A stretch of 63,786 nucleotides of DNA, the filler included, from Nemertoderma westbladi (lineage: Eukaryota > Animalia > Xenacoelomorpha): the NCBI GenBank assembly GCA_032718475.1. It is 3 parts of 3 records of this genome, joined end to end, with 100 filler letters (N's around TTAATTAATTAA, not from the genome) between each part and the next. Parts side by side here need not be neighbours in the genome. Positions count along the whole stretch, not along the records: positions 55,812 to 63,786 come from JAUCBJ010004676.1; 2 more parts are not named here. The stretch is one strand, 5' to 3'. Shown here piece after piece: positions 62,820 through 63,786 of this stretch. A program made the position numbers and the translations under genes. The stretch's first letter is position 1. Each line of letters begins with the position of its first letter. The notes below the pieces were generated by a model. It saw only the letters and a program-made list of their open reading frames with translations, ran no database searches and had not been told where the DNA came from.

Positions 62820-63297
62820 AAAATTCATTGACGGTCGGCAAATTAGTGAGCAGTATTGTGTGTTACCGGTAGTGTGCCTGATTGTGACTGATAACTAAGC
62901 ATTTCCTAAAGAATGCGCCTCATACGTGAATCTTAAGCCTTACCGACTTACCGTTGTGATTAGTGTAAGTCATATCTCTGTTTACTTAGATAGAGCGCCA
63001 CGTCCTAAAGGAACTGTTAATATTTCCCGAAAGTGAATAATATTAGTCAGAAATTAATTATTAACGATCAATCGAATAATACAATACAGTAAGCTTCACT
63101 GCAATAATAATTTAAGCCCTCAGAATCCAGTCTCCCGGGAATATCCAGCGGGTGAATGGACGCGAACTAGGCTGGCTTCTGCCAATGTTGTGTTTATTGG
63201 TATTAAATATTTGTCTTCTTCTAAAGTATATTTATAAACCAAAAGACATATAAATTTTGGCAGGTTAAACTGCTAAAGGTCTCCAAAAGCGCGTACA
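62820..63297. repeat. Dispersed repeat related to 45540-45986 (possibly an LTR)
   Basis: Shared blocks GGAACTGTT, ATCAATCGAATAATA, CAGTCTCCC, CTGGCTTC and GCAGGTTAAACTG.TAAAGGTCT..AAAAGCGCG.ACA. Confidence 0.55.
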
Positions 63298-63786
63298 ATA
63301 ACAGTCATTGACTTTATTGCAGTAAGCAATAAAGTTGAAAGTACCGGTCAACCGGTAAACCTGAACCGGTACTTCTGTAGGTCAGTAGGCCTAACTGCCA
63401 GAACCGGTACTTCTGTAAGTCTGTAGGCCCAACTGTCCTAACCGGTACTTCCAGTATAAGTACATTAGTATTATTCGATTTTGATTATTGTATACCGGTA
63501 GGTCTCGATATTAAATCGGGGACGCCTGGTTTTTATTGGGATTTTACTTAGGTCTATTTCTGTCAGTTTTATTTCCTAGTAAGTTAATATTGAGCTGAAG
63601 ACGTGTAAGTCTGCTCAGATTATTCCGATAATTGTAGGCTGAGCTGCTGTCTGACTGTTGTTGGGTTTGGAGAGATTACGGCGTGTGTAGAGTTTGTCTG
63701 ATAAAGTGCCGTTAGTAAGTTGGGGCAGCCATATGCTGTAAGGTCAATCCCCTCTTAAAGAATAAGTCGTACTACCGTGTTAGAAC

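Overview
AT-rich, repeat-dense animal (invertebrate-like) nuclear DNA. It consists of three contigs (1-28962, 29063-55711, 55812-63786) joined by an artificial N44-TTAATTAATTAA-N44 linker. Host genes are an intronless long-chain acyl-CoA ligase (ACSL type), the last three exons of unc-13/Munc13 (C2C domain, minus strand), two tandem paralogous SGK/S6K-like AGC kinases and one tectonin-type beta-propeller exon. The rest is four satellites, many RTE-type LINE fragments, CRE-like, Gypsy and BEL/Pao remnants, and MITE/foldback elements. Three observations stand out. (1) The single intron of both kinases is a 353-bp TIR element whose 8-bp target-site duplication (GCCAG|GTT) supplies both splice sites, so it is an introner-like, perfectly spliceable transposon; it appears identical in two paralogs whose exons have diverged. 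(2) A ~6-kb, 43-bp-unit satellite is an amplification of the last ~10 codons plus stop codon of unc-13. (3) An inverted-repeat-bounded, zinc-finger/acidic-repeat ORF is flanked by a palindromic satellite. All coordinates, counts and homology calls were made by eye without tools.
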